This document shows, piece by piece, positions 49,352-63,811 of a DNA stretch of 64,000 nt. Position 1 is the stretch's first letter, and every line of letters begins with the position of its first letter. Location of the stretch: the NCBI GenBank assembly GCA_001179505.1, contig CDMY01000138.1, positions 62,001 to 126,000 of the forward strand, in the 5' to 3' direction. Made by a program: the position numbers and the translations under genes. The notes under the pieces are model-generated. The model saw only the letters and a list, made by a program, of their open reading frames with translations, was not told the origin of the DNA and did no database searches. This stretch comes from Vitrella brassicaformis CCMP3155. Lineage: Eukaryota > Protista > Chromerida.

Positions 49352-50246
49352 TCATCGGTCACTGCTGTCCCTAATCTGCTCCGCCTCCAAAAAGGCCGCC
49401 ATGCTCTCGGCACTGAGGCGATGATAGATCCATTCACGCATCTGCTCAGCGCCGATCTTGTGCTGATAGAATGTCAGAGCAGGCTGATTCCAATCGAGCG
49501 CCTGCCAATCCAGCCTAGCACACCGTAGTCTTGCCGATAACTCTATCGCCGCCCGAAGCAACTGCGATGTCCACCATCCAACATAGCGCACACAGCAGGC
49601 AGGCAGCACAGAGAAAGAGCATTTACCTCTGCCTGTCCCTGTCCCTCTCTGTGTGCGTATGTCTTGCCATTTTGCCGATGCCGCTCTTCCGATGCTCCTC
49701 GTGTACATAAAGATCCTCCTGATCGATTGGCGCCACACACACACACATATTACAAGCACCCACCCATTGTGTATCCAAACGTGCGTGCACTGATTTAGAT
49801 GCTTACGTACAAGGAAGAGGTACTCCCCGCGCCACGTGCTGAAGGCAGCGTGAAGCAAGGCAAAACCGGCAGGTGCAGAGCCAGAGTAGGCCAAGAAGCA
49901 ATAAAACCTCGGCCGGTCGCCGAATCCCACATTGAGCAGATACTCCTGGTTGAACACATTGAGAAGCCAAGCAGGAAAACGGCACTCCATTCATTGCAGA
50001 ACACACACGAGAGAGAGTGCGGTGCATGCTGTGCACACCGTTGTGTGAGCGCACCTCGCTTGTCTTGACCTGATCTGACATTTGTTCAAACGCCGCTAAG
50101 GCACGAATAAACGCCATGATATCCTTGACGTGCTCCCTTCTAGCCAGACAGAGCTGGACCTCACTGCCTTTGGTTGCCCAGCCTGACGATTCGACACAGA
50201 TCTCCTCCATCGCACGCAGCACGTCGGAAGGCGCGAAGCTCGTCAT
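49352..50246 (-). CDS. GNAT acetyltransferase, spermidine/spermine (diamine) N-acetyltransferase-like
   Basis: IMAFIRALAAFEQMSDQVKTSE, GFALLHAAFSTWRGEYLFL-EDLYV..EHRKSGIG and RLDWQALDWNQPALTFYQHKIGA form the SSAT-family pattern. Confidence 0.88.
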
Positions 50247-50720
50247 GCGGGCGACAGAAGGGACAGAAGAAGCAGCACACTTGCAACAAATATCATTTAA
50301 AGGGGTGAGAGATGCCCTACCGTGAAACGGTTCGAGTGAGGCAAACGTCCGAAAAATTTTCAAAACAACGCAAAAAATACAATATCGAGGAGAAGTTTTA
50401 AAAGCCGCAAAAAAAGGGGGTCTGTGTGTGATGGACACGTCTGCCTGCTTGCCGCCCCTCTGTCCAGGCATACAGGCGAGACATGTCCACGGAGCATTCG
50501 ATGCACATGTATTTGTCCTTGCTTGTCCACATGAGCTTCTCGTGTACATGTACGCGTCACCACATCAGCTACTTGCGTTGGGGGAGTATGCATGCGCGGG
50601 CGGGCGTGGGGGCGTCTCCCTCCCAATGCATGACGGCCCCTCGATGCGGACATCGTCTAAGTAAGAGGCATGTAATCTCTTTGCAATGCCTTCTCTGGTT
50701 CATCCTGACGATCTAACAGT

Positions 50721-51529
50721 TTGTGTGCTCATCGGGATCTCGGTCGCGCACTGCAGCAGCCCTGCTCTCCGCATCGGGCAGCACTTGACGACATCCGCCG
50801 AGTCGTGGGACGAGATACTGAGGCACGACACAGAGGTAGCTGTTTGCAACGATTCTCCAGTCGACCCACGGTGCGCGTGACTCTCCATCCAGATGGCACA
50901 GCCGATGACCGGATGTATCAGCAGACCTACGCTCAAGCGGGACAGGACGCCTGGTTTGCCGATCCGGAGGGAGCAATTGCCCTTGGCTGGTTGACGCGAT
51001 ATCCATGCGCGGTCATTCACAGGAATGAGACGGACCACACTGTGAGTTTTCTTCTGTACCATCTACGGTCTCAAGCCAACAAGATCCCGCTTGTGGCCCA
51101 CGACGGCAGCGCCCAGGGCAAGGAAGAGATGATCAACGAACTCACTACGCTGCTGCGTCGTTCAGGGTGGGTGCTAGAGGCGTCTGATGCGTTGTCTTGG
51201 GTCTTCCGCAAGGCGGGCACCCCCTGCATCAACGATGAAGCGGTGATCCGTACGCTGCTGGATCTTAGCCAGGTGGACGAAGGGAAGGAAAGGCCAGCTG
51301 GCCTAACATACGAGGTCATCGCGTATGCATTTGTGAGTGCACGCAGCAAGAGGAGCCTCAAGACATCGAGATGAACCCGGCCTTCGACCGGAGCAGCAAG
51401 ACCTCCTACGCCTACTTTCATATCTACCATGGTGGCAAGTTCAAGAACAAAGAGACACTCTTTGGTGTGGCGGGGTGCAAGTTTGTCGACAAGGATCAAA
51501 GCAATTGTGGCAGAAAGTGTGTATCATGA
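50721..51529 (+). CDS. Hypothetical protein (globular, possibly GNAT-like fold); 5' end uncertain
   Basis: Long exon MYQQTYAQAGQDAWF...NKIPLVAHDGSAQGKEEMINELTTLLRRSGWVLEASDALSWVFRKAGTPCINDEAVIRTLL, spliced to DIEMNPAF...KETLFGVAGC...CVS*. Confidence 0.65.
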
Positions 51530-52066
51530 CGGAAAGAGACATGTTTGCCTTCTGACTGGTTCGCGTACGGCGAGAGATACGAAAGAACACAGACCGCTGC
51601 AACTACCGTTATAGCCCTATTCAAAACTCACAGAACGTATCTCTTCCGAATGGCTGCCCTCAACAGCAAGCAGCGAAGCATCCATCCTCGGATGGCCCGT
51701 CGCGCAGCGCGAGATCGACGGCATGGAACGGGCGACGGACACGCAATTTTTAAAATCCGCCAGGCACTCCAGGCATACATGGATGTGATGGCCATGCAGT
51801 ACATCATGAATGAATGGCAGACAGCAGGCAAACACACCAATCAATTACTCCATCTCAGTCCGTCCGTCAATTTTCTTAATTCTTTCCAAGTGTCTCGGTG
51901 CTGTCCCACCTACTGTATCTTTCACCCCAGAGCTCCTGCCACTGGGATGCCTCATTTCAGTATGTGTGTGCATCCATCATCGTCCGTGCATACCTTGAGG
52001 TAGGTCAGGCTGCTGTGCTATCCATCTTCAAGACACTTTTTATCTGATAGCTTAGCTTGTGCATTA

Positions 52067-52106
52067 GGCGTCAGTCAACTGGCGTCAGTCAACTGACGTC
52101 AGTCAT
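52067..52106. repeat. 14-bp tandem repeat GGCGTCAGTCAACT x2 plus a degenerate third unit
   Basis: ggcgtcagtcaact ggcgtcagtcaact gacgtcagtcat. Confidence 0.85.
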
Positions 52107-52319
52107 GATATCGATCGATTAATTGATTTGTTGCATCCGTCTCTGTGTAGTGTAGGCCATCCATCCATCACACACCACTTAATTGCAGCCGACAGACAGA
52201 CAGGCACAACACGCGCAGCCCAGCCCAAACATCGACTGACTGATGGACACCCACCCACCCACGAATACATACAGACAGACATGTCTCATCAATCGTCGCC
52301 GGCAGTCAACACAATTGAG

Positions 52320-54167
<1,848 letters not shown>

Positions 54168-54547
54168 GGTGACGGCAGCGACAAGCGGTCCCGCTCAGGG
54201 TCTCCGCCCACTGGGTTTCAGGCCTGCGATGGCAGATGGCTCCCTGCCCGCGGCGGGCAGGCGCCTGTCAGTGGTGCACACAAGACAAGACCATCACCCG
54301 GGACCACACATGGCAACGGATTCCCTTCTTACACTTCGTCAATTCTTGTTCTCTTCCTCTGGGCTCAACGAATTTCCGCTTGTCCTGCTTGTCATTCTTC
54401 CCTCACTGCTTCTTTCCTCCTCCCATTCCAAGCTCGCAGCTGCTCGGAAGCTTGCAGTGAAAACCAGAGGAAGTTTAGGCAACAAAGAGACCGACCTGCA
54501 GTAGGAAACGTCCATCGACAGTTCGCCGCAACCTTCCACCCCCATAC

Positions 54548-57534
54548 ATGGCAAAGCGATCATCGGATCTGATCAAGGCGGCCTTTCTAAGCATCTTCTC
54601 TCTCGCGTCAGCTTTCCGGATCCTGCCTCATCCTGCAAGAACGAGGGCACCACTGGACAGGCGGTGGCATGCGATGGCGATGAGTGCGCTGCCCATGTCT
54701 GATGACGCCTTGCACCTCGACCTCTTTGAGCGCACCTGGCAATCGTTGGACTGGCGTGTCGTCATGGCGAGCCTGGCCGAGGCCGCCTCCACTTCGCCCG
54801 GCAGACGGCTGGCTCGTAGCGCGTCCTTTGCAGGATCTCACGACGAGTGCCTGGTTCTATACGAGCAGGTCGGGGATGTACGGCGGCTATCGGAGCAGCT
54901 TCCCTTCGCCACCTCCCTTGATATAGGTACATGCACATGCAGGTCCACAGCATTGACATCATGGACGCTTTTTCGTGCTGTGCAGAGCATCTGGTGAATG
55001 TGAGTGACGAGGGAAGGGCGCGTTCATCTTTCAGCCTGCCTGATCTCTATCGGATTGGCACAGCCCTGGACGATGTGACGCATCTGAAGGGCTGGTTGAG
55101 CGCCGCGCATGACCGCTTGGTTGCCGCGGCCAAGAGAGAGAGTGACAGGGGCATCGGCTCGCTGCTGGAGTTAATGGAGCCCGTGCAGCTTGACAGCGAG
55201 CTGACAGATCTGTTCAATGGAGCCTTTGAGGGTGAAAAGCACATACAGTACTTCACCGTATGAGGATCATCCATTGTTCGATTGTCCCCCTCTGTTTCTT
55301 TCGCCAGGGAGTGAGGACAGTCCCGTGCTATCTGGCAACAGGTTTCCCGAGCTGCGCCGTCTGCGCGAATCAATCGCCCGGCTGGAGATGTCCTTGCAGG
55401 TGACAGATCTCGTCGATGCACTTCTGAGCTCTTCACAGGAGGGCCGTGTGATTGTGTCTGCAGGCGCGCATCGAACAGATTGCCCGGCGGCCGGAGTTGC
55501 AGCCGAAGCTTGCCGACGGCTCCGGGGGCAAATGGAGCCGAACAGATACTGGCCGCTTCGTGATTGCCGTCCAGCGACGCTACAGGAAAGGACTGGGGAT
55601 CTCCCATGACTTCTCCGGGAGCGGCAAGACAGTCTACCTCGAGCCCGCAGAGCTCGTGGAGCCCACCAATGAGCTGATGGAGGCACGAATGTCTCTGCGC
55701 AGCGAGGGGGCCCGGATTTGCTCAGATATGTCGTGGATGGTCACAAGACATGCCGTCGCCATCGCCAATGCAGTCGAGTGTGCTGGGAGGGTGGACCTTG
55801 CTCAGGCAAGGTATCTGCTGGGAGAGAAGATCGGCGGCACCATACCAACTGTCGGCACTGAGGGGAAGATCCACATCGATCAGTCCAGGCACCCAGTCCT
55901 GGCTCTGCGCGGCGTCGAACCCACAGCCAATGATATCTCGCTCGGCTTCGACTATGATGCTCTTGTGCTCACGGGGCCGAATGCGGGAGGGAAGACGGTC
56001 GTCCTCAAGACTCTGGGCCTGTTTGCGCTGTTTGTGCGGTATGGCCTTCCCGTGCCGGCAATGGATGGAGCACGGGTGGATTGGTTCAACCCCATCCTGG
56101 CTGACATTGGTACGCTCACATTCACGCACAACGTTGCGCACAGAGGCAGGCACATCACGAGATGACATTGTGATGTACGTATCATCTTCGCGTGTGTGCA
56201 TTCCAATGGCATGCAGGCGACCTTCAGACAGTCACCGGAGACGTCAGCACCTTCTCGGGCCACCTGCTCGTCTCTAAGGTGATGACGAGCAAGCAGGATC
56301 AATAATGTCAGTCGCACATCCCTGTCTGCATATGCTCGCTTGTACAGGCTGTGCTTGAGCGTGCGGGTCGTGGTGCGCTGGTGCTGATGGACGAGATGGG
56401 GACGGGCACAGACCCTTCCCAGGGAGCCGCACTCGCGCAGGCGCTGCTCGAGACCCTGGTCGACAGCGGCTGCAAAGTCGCCCTCACCACTCACTTCTCT
56501 CAGGCAAGCGCACCATATATACACAAGACCCACCGATGACATACGTCATTCCTAGTACGCCGTTGCTCTCTGTGTGCCCCCCTTCGCCTCATTCGATCGA
56601 TCAGCTCAAGGAGCTCGCAGCGAGTGATCGCCGGTTTCGCATTGGTGCGATGGAGTGGATGCAGGGGCGGCCCACCTACCGCCTCAAGCTGGGCATGGTT
56701 GGCGAGTCGTTGGCACTGGACGTCGCCGAGCGGCTGCGGCTGCCGAGCAGTGTGCTCGATCGTGCGCGGTTGCTCCTCGATGAGGACACGCGGCGGCTGA
56801 CTGAACTGGTCAAGGAGCTGGAGCACGAAAAAGAGAGTGTGAGGTCGCTCAAGCAGGAGCTTAAGAGGGAGACCAAGAGGACGGAAGCGCTGCAGAGGGA
56901 GCTGGAGGTCGCCAAGGAACAAGTGGAGCAATCGAAAGAGGAGGTCAGGAGACGGATATCCATAAATGCATACGCCAGCGATCTAAGTGATGTATTGTGA
57001 ATGTACCGACCCGTGGGTGCATATCGTGCATGTGTGCAGGTGTTGTTCGAGACGGCCAAGATCCGACTCGCTACTCTGGAGTCCGAGGAGGGCGAGCTGC
57101 GATCCCTTGTGTCGCGGCTGAAGGAGGAGGAGGACCTCAAGCTTGCCGAGGCTGCTCTGCGCGAGGCGGAACGGCTAAAGCTGATCGCCAAGGAGAAAGT
57201 GGACAAGGGCAGGAAACTGCCAACCGGATGGGTGAAGGCGGCAAAGGTGGACAAGGGCGATGAGGTGTATGTGCTCAAAGGCCCGCTAGCCGGCAATCGC
57301 GGCAAGGCAGTCAAGAGGGGGGGGCGCGGCGTGGTGACAGTGCGTGTGAATAAGGGCGGGGGGCGGGATGTCAATGTGGAGATGCCTCCGGACTACCTCG
57401 CCGTGAGGCGGACGGCCGCCAGTGGCGGCAAGGGCGGGGAAAAGGGGGCGAGGGGAGGCGCGAGTGCTCTGGATAAGCGAGTGCTGGAGATAGAGAGGAA
57501 GAAGGCACTGCTCTTCGGAGGGAACAAGAGATAG
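54548..57534 (+). CDS. mutS2: MutS2-family ATPase with plastid-type bipartite leader; no C-terminal Smr domain seen
   Basis: LDW..VMASLA, SGSGKTVYLEP.ELVEPTNEL, RHPVL, LTGPNAGGKTVVLKTLGL, ILADIGD.QTV...STFSGHL, LMDEMGTGTDPSQGAALAQALL, TTH, PTYRLKLGMVGES.AL.VAERL, then coiled coil and KOW-like KGDEVYV. Leader ...FSLASA-FRILP. Confidence 0.93.
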
Positions 57535-58044
57535 CTAGTCTCCATGCATCTTATACCGACGCTCTTTGTCCATCTCTTTCTGCCTACCACTATCACAAGG
57601 CAGACTTCCTGTCCTGCTCAAACTTTCGGTGGAGCTCCTTGCGCCTCACGGGGTGTGGCCGGTCAAATCTGCAGCGCCCCTCATCTCTCGTATGTCGTCG
57701 GCATTCTGCCTGTGTCGGGACCTGATTCCCCCCTCGTGCCCACTACGCCGGTGCGGGCGACCACCTCCACTTTGTGCTGCAGACAATACACATGGACACA
57801 TGCACACATAACACACATGGGACACATGCACACATGGACGTCGATGGCAGGAAACCGACTTTTTATCATTGAGACACGAGAGAACGGCCACTGAATGAAA
57901 GATTGAACGAGTGCTTTATTCTTTGGACATCTTTGCATGCTGGCGAAAAATTGCGATCCTGTCCGAAGCCGGCCTCCAACGCCTCCGAGTCTGTACGCAC
58001 ACTGTACCTCTCCCCCTCAGACATTGTTCGTCATTCCGTCCACC

Positions 58045-59732
58045 ATGACAATCCGACATAGTACGTGTCTGTTGATTCTCGGCGTCGGCACTCTGCTTCT
58101 CCTGGCGGTGAGAGGTGAGGTCGCGTTTGACTTCGAACAAAATGGGGCGGACTGGTTCACCCTTGATGACATCCCGAACAACCAGTGCGGCGCCACACTC
58201 AGATCGGTACGCACAGTGCCAAATATGTATGTGTGGGCATGGCAGCCGACACAAACAAACGTTGCTCACCTGTCTGTCTGTGTGTGCGTGTGTCTATGGC
58301 TTACATACGCATCTGCGTAGAGCCCTATCGACATCAGGAAGGACGAGGTGAAGAAGGGGGCGTCGGTGGTCAGCTTCTTTTACCCGCCACTGGAGGAGGA
58401 AATCACCATCTTCTGGTCAGCCTGCTGCCCTCTCGTTGTATACACGAAAATGCACTTTGTGTGTCTGTGTGTGTGCACAGGAACGATATATTCGTGGACG
58501 GAGAGCTGAGGGATCCGGACGGCACAGAGGACTTTGGGTATCTCCAGTACCAATCAAAGAAATTCGTCGCCGTGTCGTAAGCAAGCCAAGCCAGAACGCA
58601 CACCTGCCTGCCTGCCTGCCTTCCTGCCTTGATTGTGCCCTGCTCCTTGTCCAGCTTTCACTTCCACTCACGGTCGGAACACACGTTCGACGGCAAACAG
58701 TTCCCCCTGGAGATGCACATTGTGCACGTGCGAACCGACAATGATCAAACCCTGCGTGAGTGGCCCACAGAATGACTGCTTTACTGCCTTACTGCTGGTC
58801 TGTCTGTCTGTGTGTCGACTGACTGACAGCTGAGTTTGCGGTTCTCGGTTTTCTGTTCGCGGAAGGCCCAAAGACGAATACGTTCCTTCGGTCTCTCGGT
58901 AAGCACATTCACGTGCGGCTGCGGAACGATTTTCATAGAATGTGTGCACACGCGGGTGTCATTCGGTGCACATATATGCAGAAAACCCAGATGGCAGGCC
59001 CAGGATCCCTTCAGTCGATGCGCCAGACGTCATGTATACAGTCGACGCAGACCTCTCCGAGCTCGGCCAGTTCGCAGCGGATTCCAAGATCTTCCACTAC
59101 CCTGGTTCGCTCACAACGCCCCCCTGCACGCAGGCAAGCGACTATCACAGGGGAATTCGCCTCTTAATCGGTGGAGCTTGCGTCTTTCTTGCCCTGCTTG
59201 TCAGGCTGTGAATTGGTTTGTGGTTGCGGAGCCCTTGCTGGCAAAGGAAGAGCAGCTCGACTTGTGGGTGAATGCCAACCTCAACGGAAACAGCTTTAGA
59301 CTCACGCAAAACCCCGAAGTCATCGACGGACAGGTGAACGATTCACAGGGCACGTTGAGGAACGGCTCGCATGTTGCGCTGTGCGGTGGTGTGCCTGTTC
59401 AGACGACGCAGAGGAACGAGCTGGTGGACAGGTTTGGGGTCCTGAAAATCAATGCCGACTTTGTGCCGTCGCTGTTACCGGTTGAGGCAGGAGTGGTCCC
59501 AGACAGTCCCGTGTTCCCTGACGAGATGCGAGATGCAGTCATGATGGCATTAGCAAGAGCTGAGAAAAGGGCAAGCTTGTTCGGCCACTTGCAGACAGCA
59601 GAGAGAGAGCGACATGGCCCAGCAGAGGGAGAGAGCGACATGTGGCTCTCTGACATCCTCAATTCTCTGAAGGCAAAGCTGGATCAAAGACACACACAAG
59701 TGATGGGAGGGAGCCCGTACGGACTGAACTGA
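58045..59732 (+). CDS. Alpha-class carbonic anhydrase, secreted, with C-terminal extension
   Basis: Signal peptide, then SPIDI, FHFHSRSEH...FPLEMHIVH (three Zn-ligand His), LAVLGFLF and YPGSLTTPPCTQAVNWFV. Confidence 0.93.
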
Positions 59733-61992
59733 CACAGAGGGAGGGAGGGAGGCAGGGAGGGAGGGAGGGACGGACGGAGCGAGGGAGCGTGGTGTTTGCT
59801 GAGTGGGTGGGTGCCGGGGTAGCCGGCTAGTGGCCTGGCTGAGTGCGTTGGGTGCCGGGGTAGCCAGCATACATGGCTTGGCTTTCGTATGTTCACACGT
59901 TTGTGCCCTTTCATGCTGTGGTGCTTGCACGTGTTCCTGTTTCATGCACGTAGCTAAGTGCATCCGTGGCTGCCGGAGTTTCTGTTCAGGCTGGGTCGAT
60001 TCCGACTCTCGTCTTACATTCATACAGACATGCAGGCATACAAACATATAAACGTGTATATTCATTCATACGCTGATCTGGCGCTGTTTTTTGGCAGCTG
60101 CCGAAGCAACCCTGCGTACGGTGCATGCATGGGGTGTGTGGTTTGTGTGGTTTGTGTGGTGAATCCCTTTGTTTTCCATTTTGTGGGTATCTCTGTACGA
60201 CCTTTGCACTTTGCCTGCCAGATATCCATATTCCTTTGCTCTTGTGTGTCTCGTGTTGACACGTTCAGTGCGGGAGAGGTGTGGAAAGGGTGTGATTGGC
60301 GTGGCTGTGTCGGTCAGGGCTGCTGGGCTGGAGGGTGGTGTGTGTGGCGGACGCCTGTATTGGTGTGTACTTGTGGGGTGGATGGGATGGACCGCAAGCA
60401 AAGAGATCGATCGTAGTCCCGGATGATGTAGCCAGTGCCGGATGATGTAGCCTCTGTCTCTTCCTCCTGATGTGCGACAGAGGGTGCTTCATCGTCAAAC
60501 CAATTGGAGTTGCCTGAATTTTTGTCTTGCTAGTCTCTATGTGCATCTCTAAGGCCTCGAAAACGAGGCTTCGAGCAGCAAAAGCAGAGTTGGTTCCTGC
60601 CTGAAGTAGTGGCGGCAGGTGTACGCACCTTAAGGGTCACGTGTACGTCACCTGTAGGCTCGTCCAGCGTGTCCTGTGCTTTGTTCCGCGCTATATATAG
60701 GGCTTATGACAGTTGTTGGGCCCTATAGATATCAGCATGCACCCTTGACTATGCTGATGGAAGGAGCCTTGTGATGGAAGGTTTGTGTGTGTGCTTAAGG
60801 TCTACATGCACACAATGACTTGCGTATGATGTCTCCCATGACACTACCTCAGTCGAAGCTGGTTGTTGGGTTATGTTGTTGTGTGTGTGTGTGAGTGTGT
60901 GTGTGAGTGAGTGTGTGTGTGTGTGGTGTTGTGGTGAAACGGCGTGTGTCTGCTTTTGCGTCCTACATCCGAGTTTGCTATGTGTCGTTTTTCTCAATAT
61001 GCATGTCATCGAAAACATCCGCCCAAAAAGTCAGCTGTGGACACACGTGTGTGGGTGAATGACTAACTCACTACTCAGCATACCTATCTGGTTGGCAGAT
61101 GTAAGGTTGTCCTTTGATGGCATGCAATTTTGAGTGCGCGTGTGTCTCCCTCCGTATGGTCGGCTGCCTGGCTGGCTGAGTGTGTGTGGTCAGCAGTCAT
61201 GTGACGATGTGTGGCGTGTGTCTACATAAAGGGGGGCAGCGAAGGGGACGCAAAGGCGCCCTTCTCTGCACGTCTTGTGCGCTTTGTGCGCGTTTCATAC
61301 AGTTTCAAGTGAATGGACAGTCGAGCAGTATATGCCACACCATGTGCCTCGCAGACAGAGACTCCAAGGGGGAAAGATGAAGAGACACCGATCGACAAGA
61401 AACGTGATTCCTCACTGTGTGGATGGATGAATGGATATCGCAAAATTGCTGGTGTTTGGCATCGACTTCCGCGCCCCTAAACGATTACGGGATGGTACAG
61501 CCGTCAGCTTCACGGCCAGCACTCACGATCACGCACACATCGCAAGGGAGGAAAACATAGGAGCAGACTCTTCATTGGCGACTGTGTCCGTACAAATGCA
61601 TGGATGGGATAAGTGGCTGGCTGCATGAATGGACTAAGTCCTTCCCTCGTCAAAACTGCCGCAGACTACAACCACGTGTGCATTGACGTGTCTGCCTGTC
61701 CATCCATCCGTCCATATGTGTGAATGGTCTACATGAAAGCCTGTACAACCATTTGGCCATGAAATGTGTGAGCGTGTACAATGAAAAAGAGCGAAGAAGC
61801 CAAACGTATAATGAAACGCACGAAGGCAGCAGACAGTTCACGGCAGTGTTTAATGCCTCATGTGAGAGAGTGAGAGAGAGCGGGAGAGACGCGTAAGCAG
61901 GAAGGCAGGCAGGCTCTCTAGGTACTCAGTACATAAAAACACTCGCATCGCATTTAATGGCTTACAAAAGCATTCCATCTGGCTGGGCAAGA

Positions 61993-63748
61993 TCAATACC
62001 GATTATAGATAGCCTCGTATTCACGCTCCTCAATCCCTAGTAGCTCATGACAGGGACAGACACACACACAAATTGCACTCACAGGTACGTACGAAGGTAG
62101 GAAGGCAGAGGCAGCACTCTTCAGCTGTCCCTCATGCGCTATCCCTTTGAAATGCCAAAAGGAGGCCTTGCAATGGGCCACATTAGATCGTGAACACTGG
62201 AAAAATGTAAAGCGGAGGCGCTATTTACCGCCTCCTGTCTGGCCCTGCGAATCGTGTCACAGCCGCCCGTGTGTCATCGCCGAGGACGAATGATCCCTCC
62301 AGCTTAACAACGTCGTCAGCCGCCTCAAACAGACTGAACCCTGGGCCATTCGTCTGCCGATATATTTGTACACATCGAGAGCATCACATAAGCAAGCACC
62401 ATAGACAGATGCAAAGAGCGCTGTATGTATGTATGTATGCATGCAATCTTCGTCGACCGACTCGCCTACCAGTATTGTTGCCACTGCGTCCACAGTGCCC
62501 GCCCGCAACTCGTCGACGAGTTCAGTGATGGGAATCTCGACGAGTGTCACCTCCAGGCCCAGCTCCTGTGTGACCGCGACGAAGTCGTCGATAAAGAAAC
62601 ACCCGGGGCAGACGCCAACACTCTTGCTGCAGCCACAACAAATCCAGCCAAGCGTTACTTACATATACAATGCGCCCTCACTCTCCCCACCCGTCTAGAG
62701 AAGAGGGGTCCTCCGTCACGTCAACTGTCGCCAATTCAGAGTCTTCCTCGACCCACACACCGACCTCGTTAACGAAGCTGCACACACATACACGGACCGA
62801 CTTATTCAGTGAGCTGACCGACTCATTCAAAGAGCGTGTATACTTGACGATGGCGCAGCTCGTATAATCTACCGACTGCGAACGTTCCTCAGTAACCTGA
62901 TGAGAGAACAAGGCGACGAGCATCAAAGTCGTACGCTTCCACCCACTCTGACGTACAGAGAAGAAGGTAATGGCATCAACAGTCTCGTCATTCAAAGCCT
63001 CTCTAAACTGGAGGAAGAAATCTTCTGTGTTGTCAATAATCGTGTAATTGGCCTTGATGTCTACGCCATACTCCTAACGGCAAAACAAGCGAGGACCAGA
63101 GATGAGGCAACTTGGCCGATATACTTAAAGCGTCGTATGCTGCATGTACCCTTGATAGCTCGGGCAGAATCAGCTCATTGACGGCAACATAGTAAGCACC
63201 TACACTCCCCGGCTCGGTGGGATCGCTAATGATTGACAGGCCAATCTCGAGAATGCCTTCGTCCAGCACCTGCAAGACGCGGAGCCCTCGCATTGACTGA
63301 CTGGTCCCGTTCTCCTGCCTACCTTCTCAAAGGTTCCCTCGGCGTCTTCTTTGGCAGGGTAGGAAGCTTCGCAGTCGGGGAAATCAAAGGAGGCCAAAGG
63401 GAAGGTAGCATTCAACACGGACAAATGCTCATCCGACTCGCGGACCTGAAGCAGACAATGAAACATTTGCAATTGTTTCGGTTATGGATGTGGACCACCT
63501 ACGTTCTTAATGGCAGTGCTGAGGGCTGCGTTAAGCTGGACGTCTCCATCGTCACCCGTCACGTAGGGGTTTGCTGGCTCCTTGATCCTCAGGAACTCCA
63601 GCAGGTCATCGAGGAGCTCCTCTAGGTCTGCCTTGCTGACCTCCAGCTGCTTCTCACCCAGCTCCTCGGGGGCGGCCGCCGCCAACCACAACGAAAGAAG
63701 GAGGCCGCCGAGGAGAGAGAATACCGAGGGAACCGAGGGGCGTGACAT
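61993..63748 (-). CDS. Secreted protein resembling type-2 periplasmic/solute-binding proteins (SBP_bac_3-like); 3' end uncertain
   Basis: Signal peptide MSRPSVPSVFSLLGGLLLSLWLAAA. Segments EYGVDIKANYTII...EALNDETVDAITFFSVTEERSQSVDYT and LEVTLVEIPITELVDELRAGTVDAVATI match the two-lobe PBP2 pattern. Confidence 0.55.
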
Positions 63749-63811
63749 AAGGTTCCTGTTTGGAGTAGTTTCGGGGCCGCCCGTGTGCGAAGTGCCTCAT
63801 GCGCCGTTGGG

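Noticed and set aside
56676-57374. 232-aa minus-strand ORF
   Set aside because: Ser-rich antisense shadow of the MutS2 coiled-coil exons.
59800-61900. Short ORFs in the long interval after the carbonic anhydrase
   Set aside because: Microsatellite-rich and UTR-like, with no coherent reading frame.
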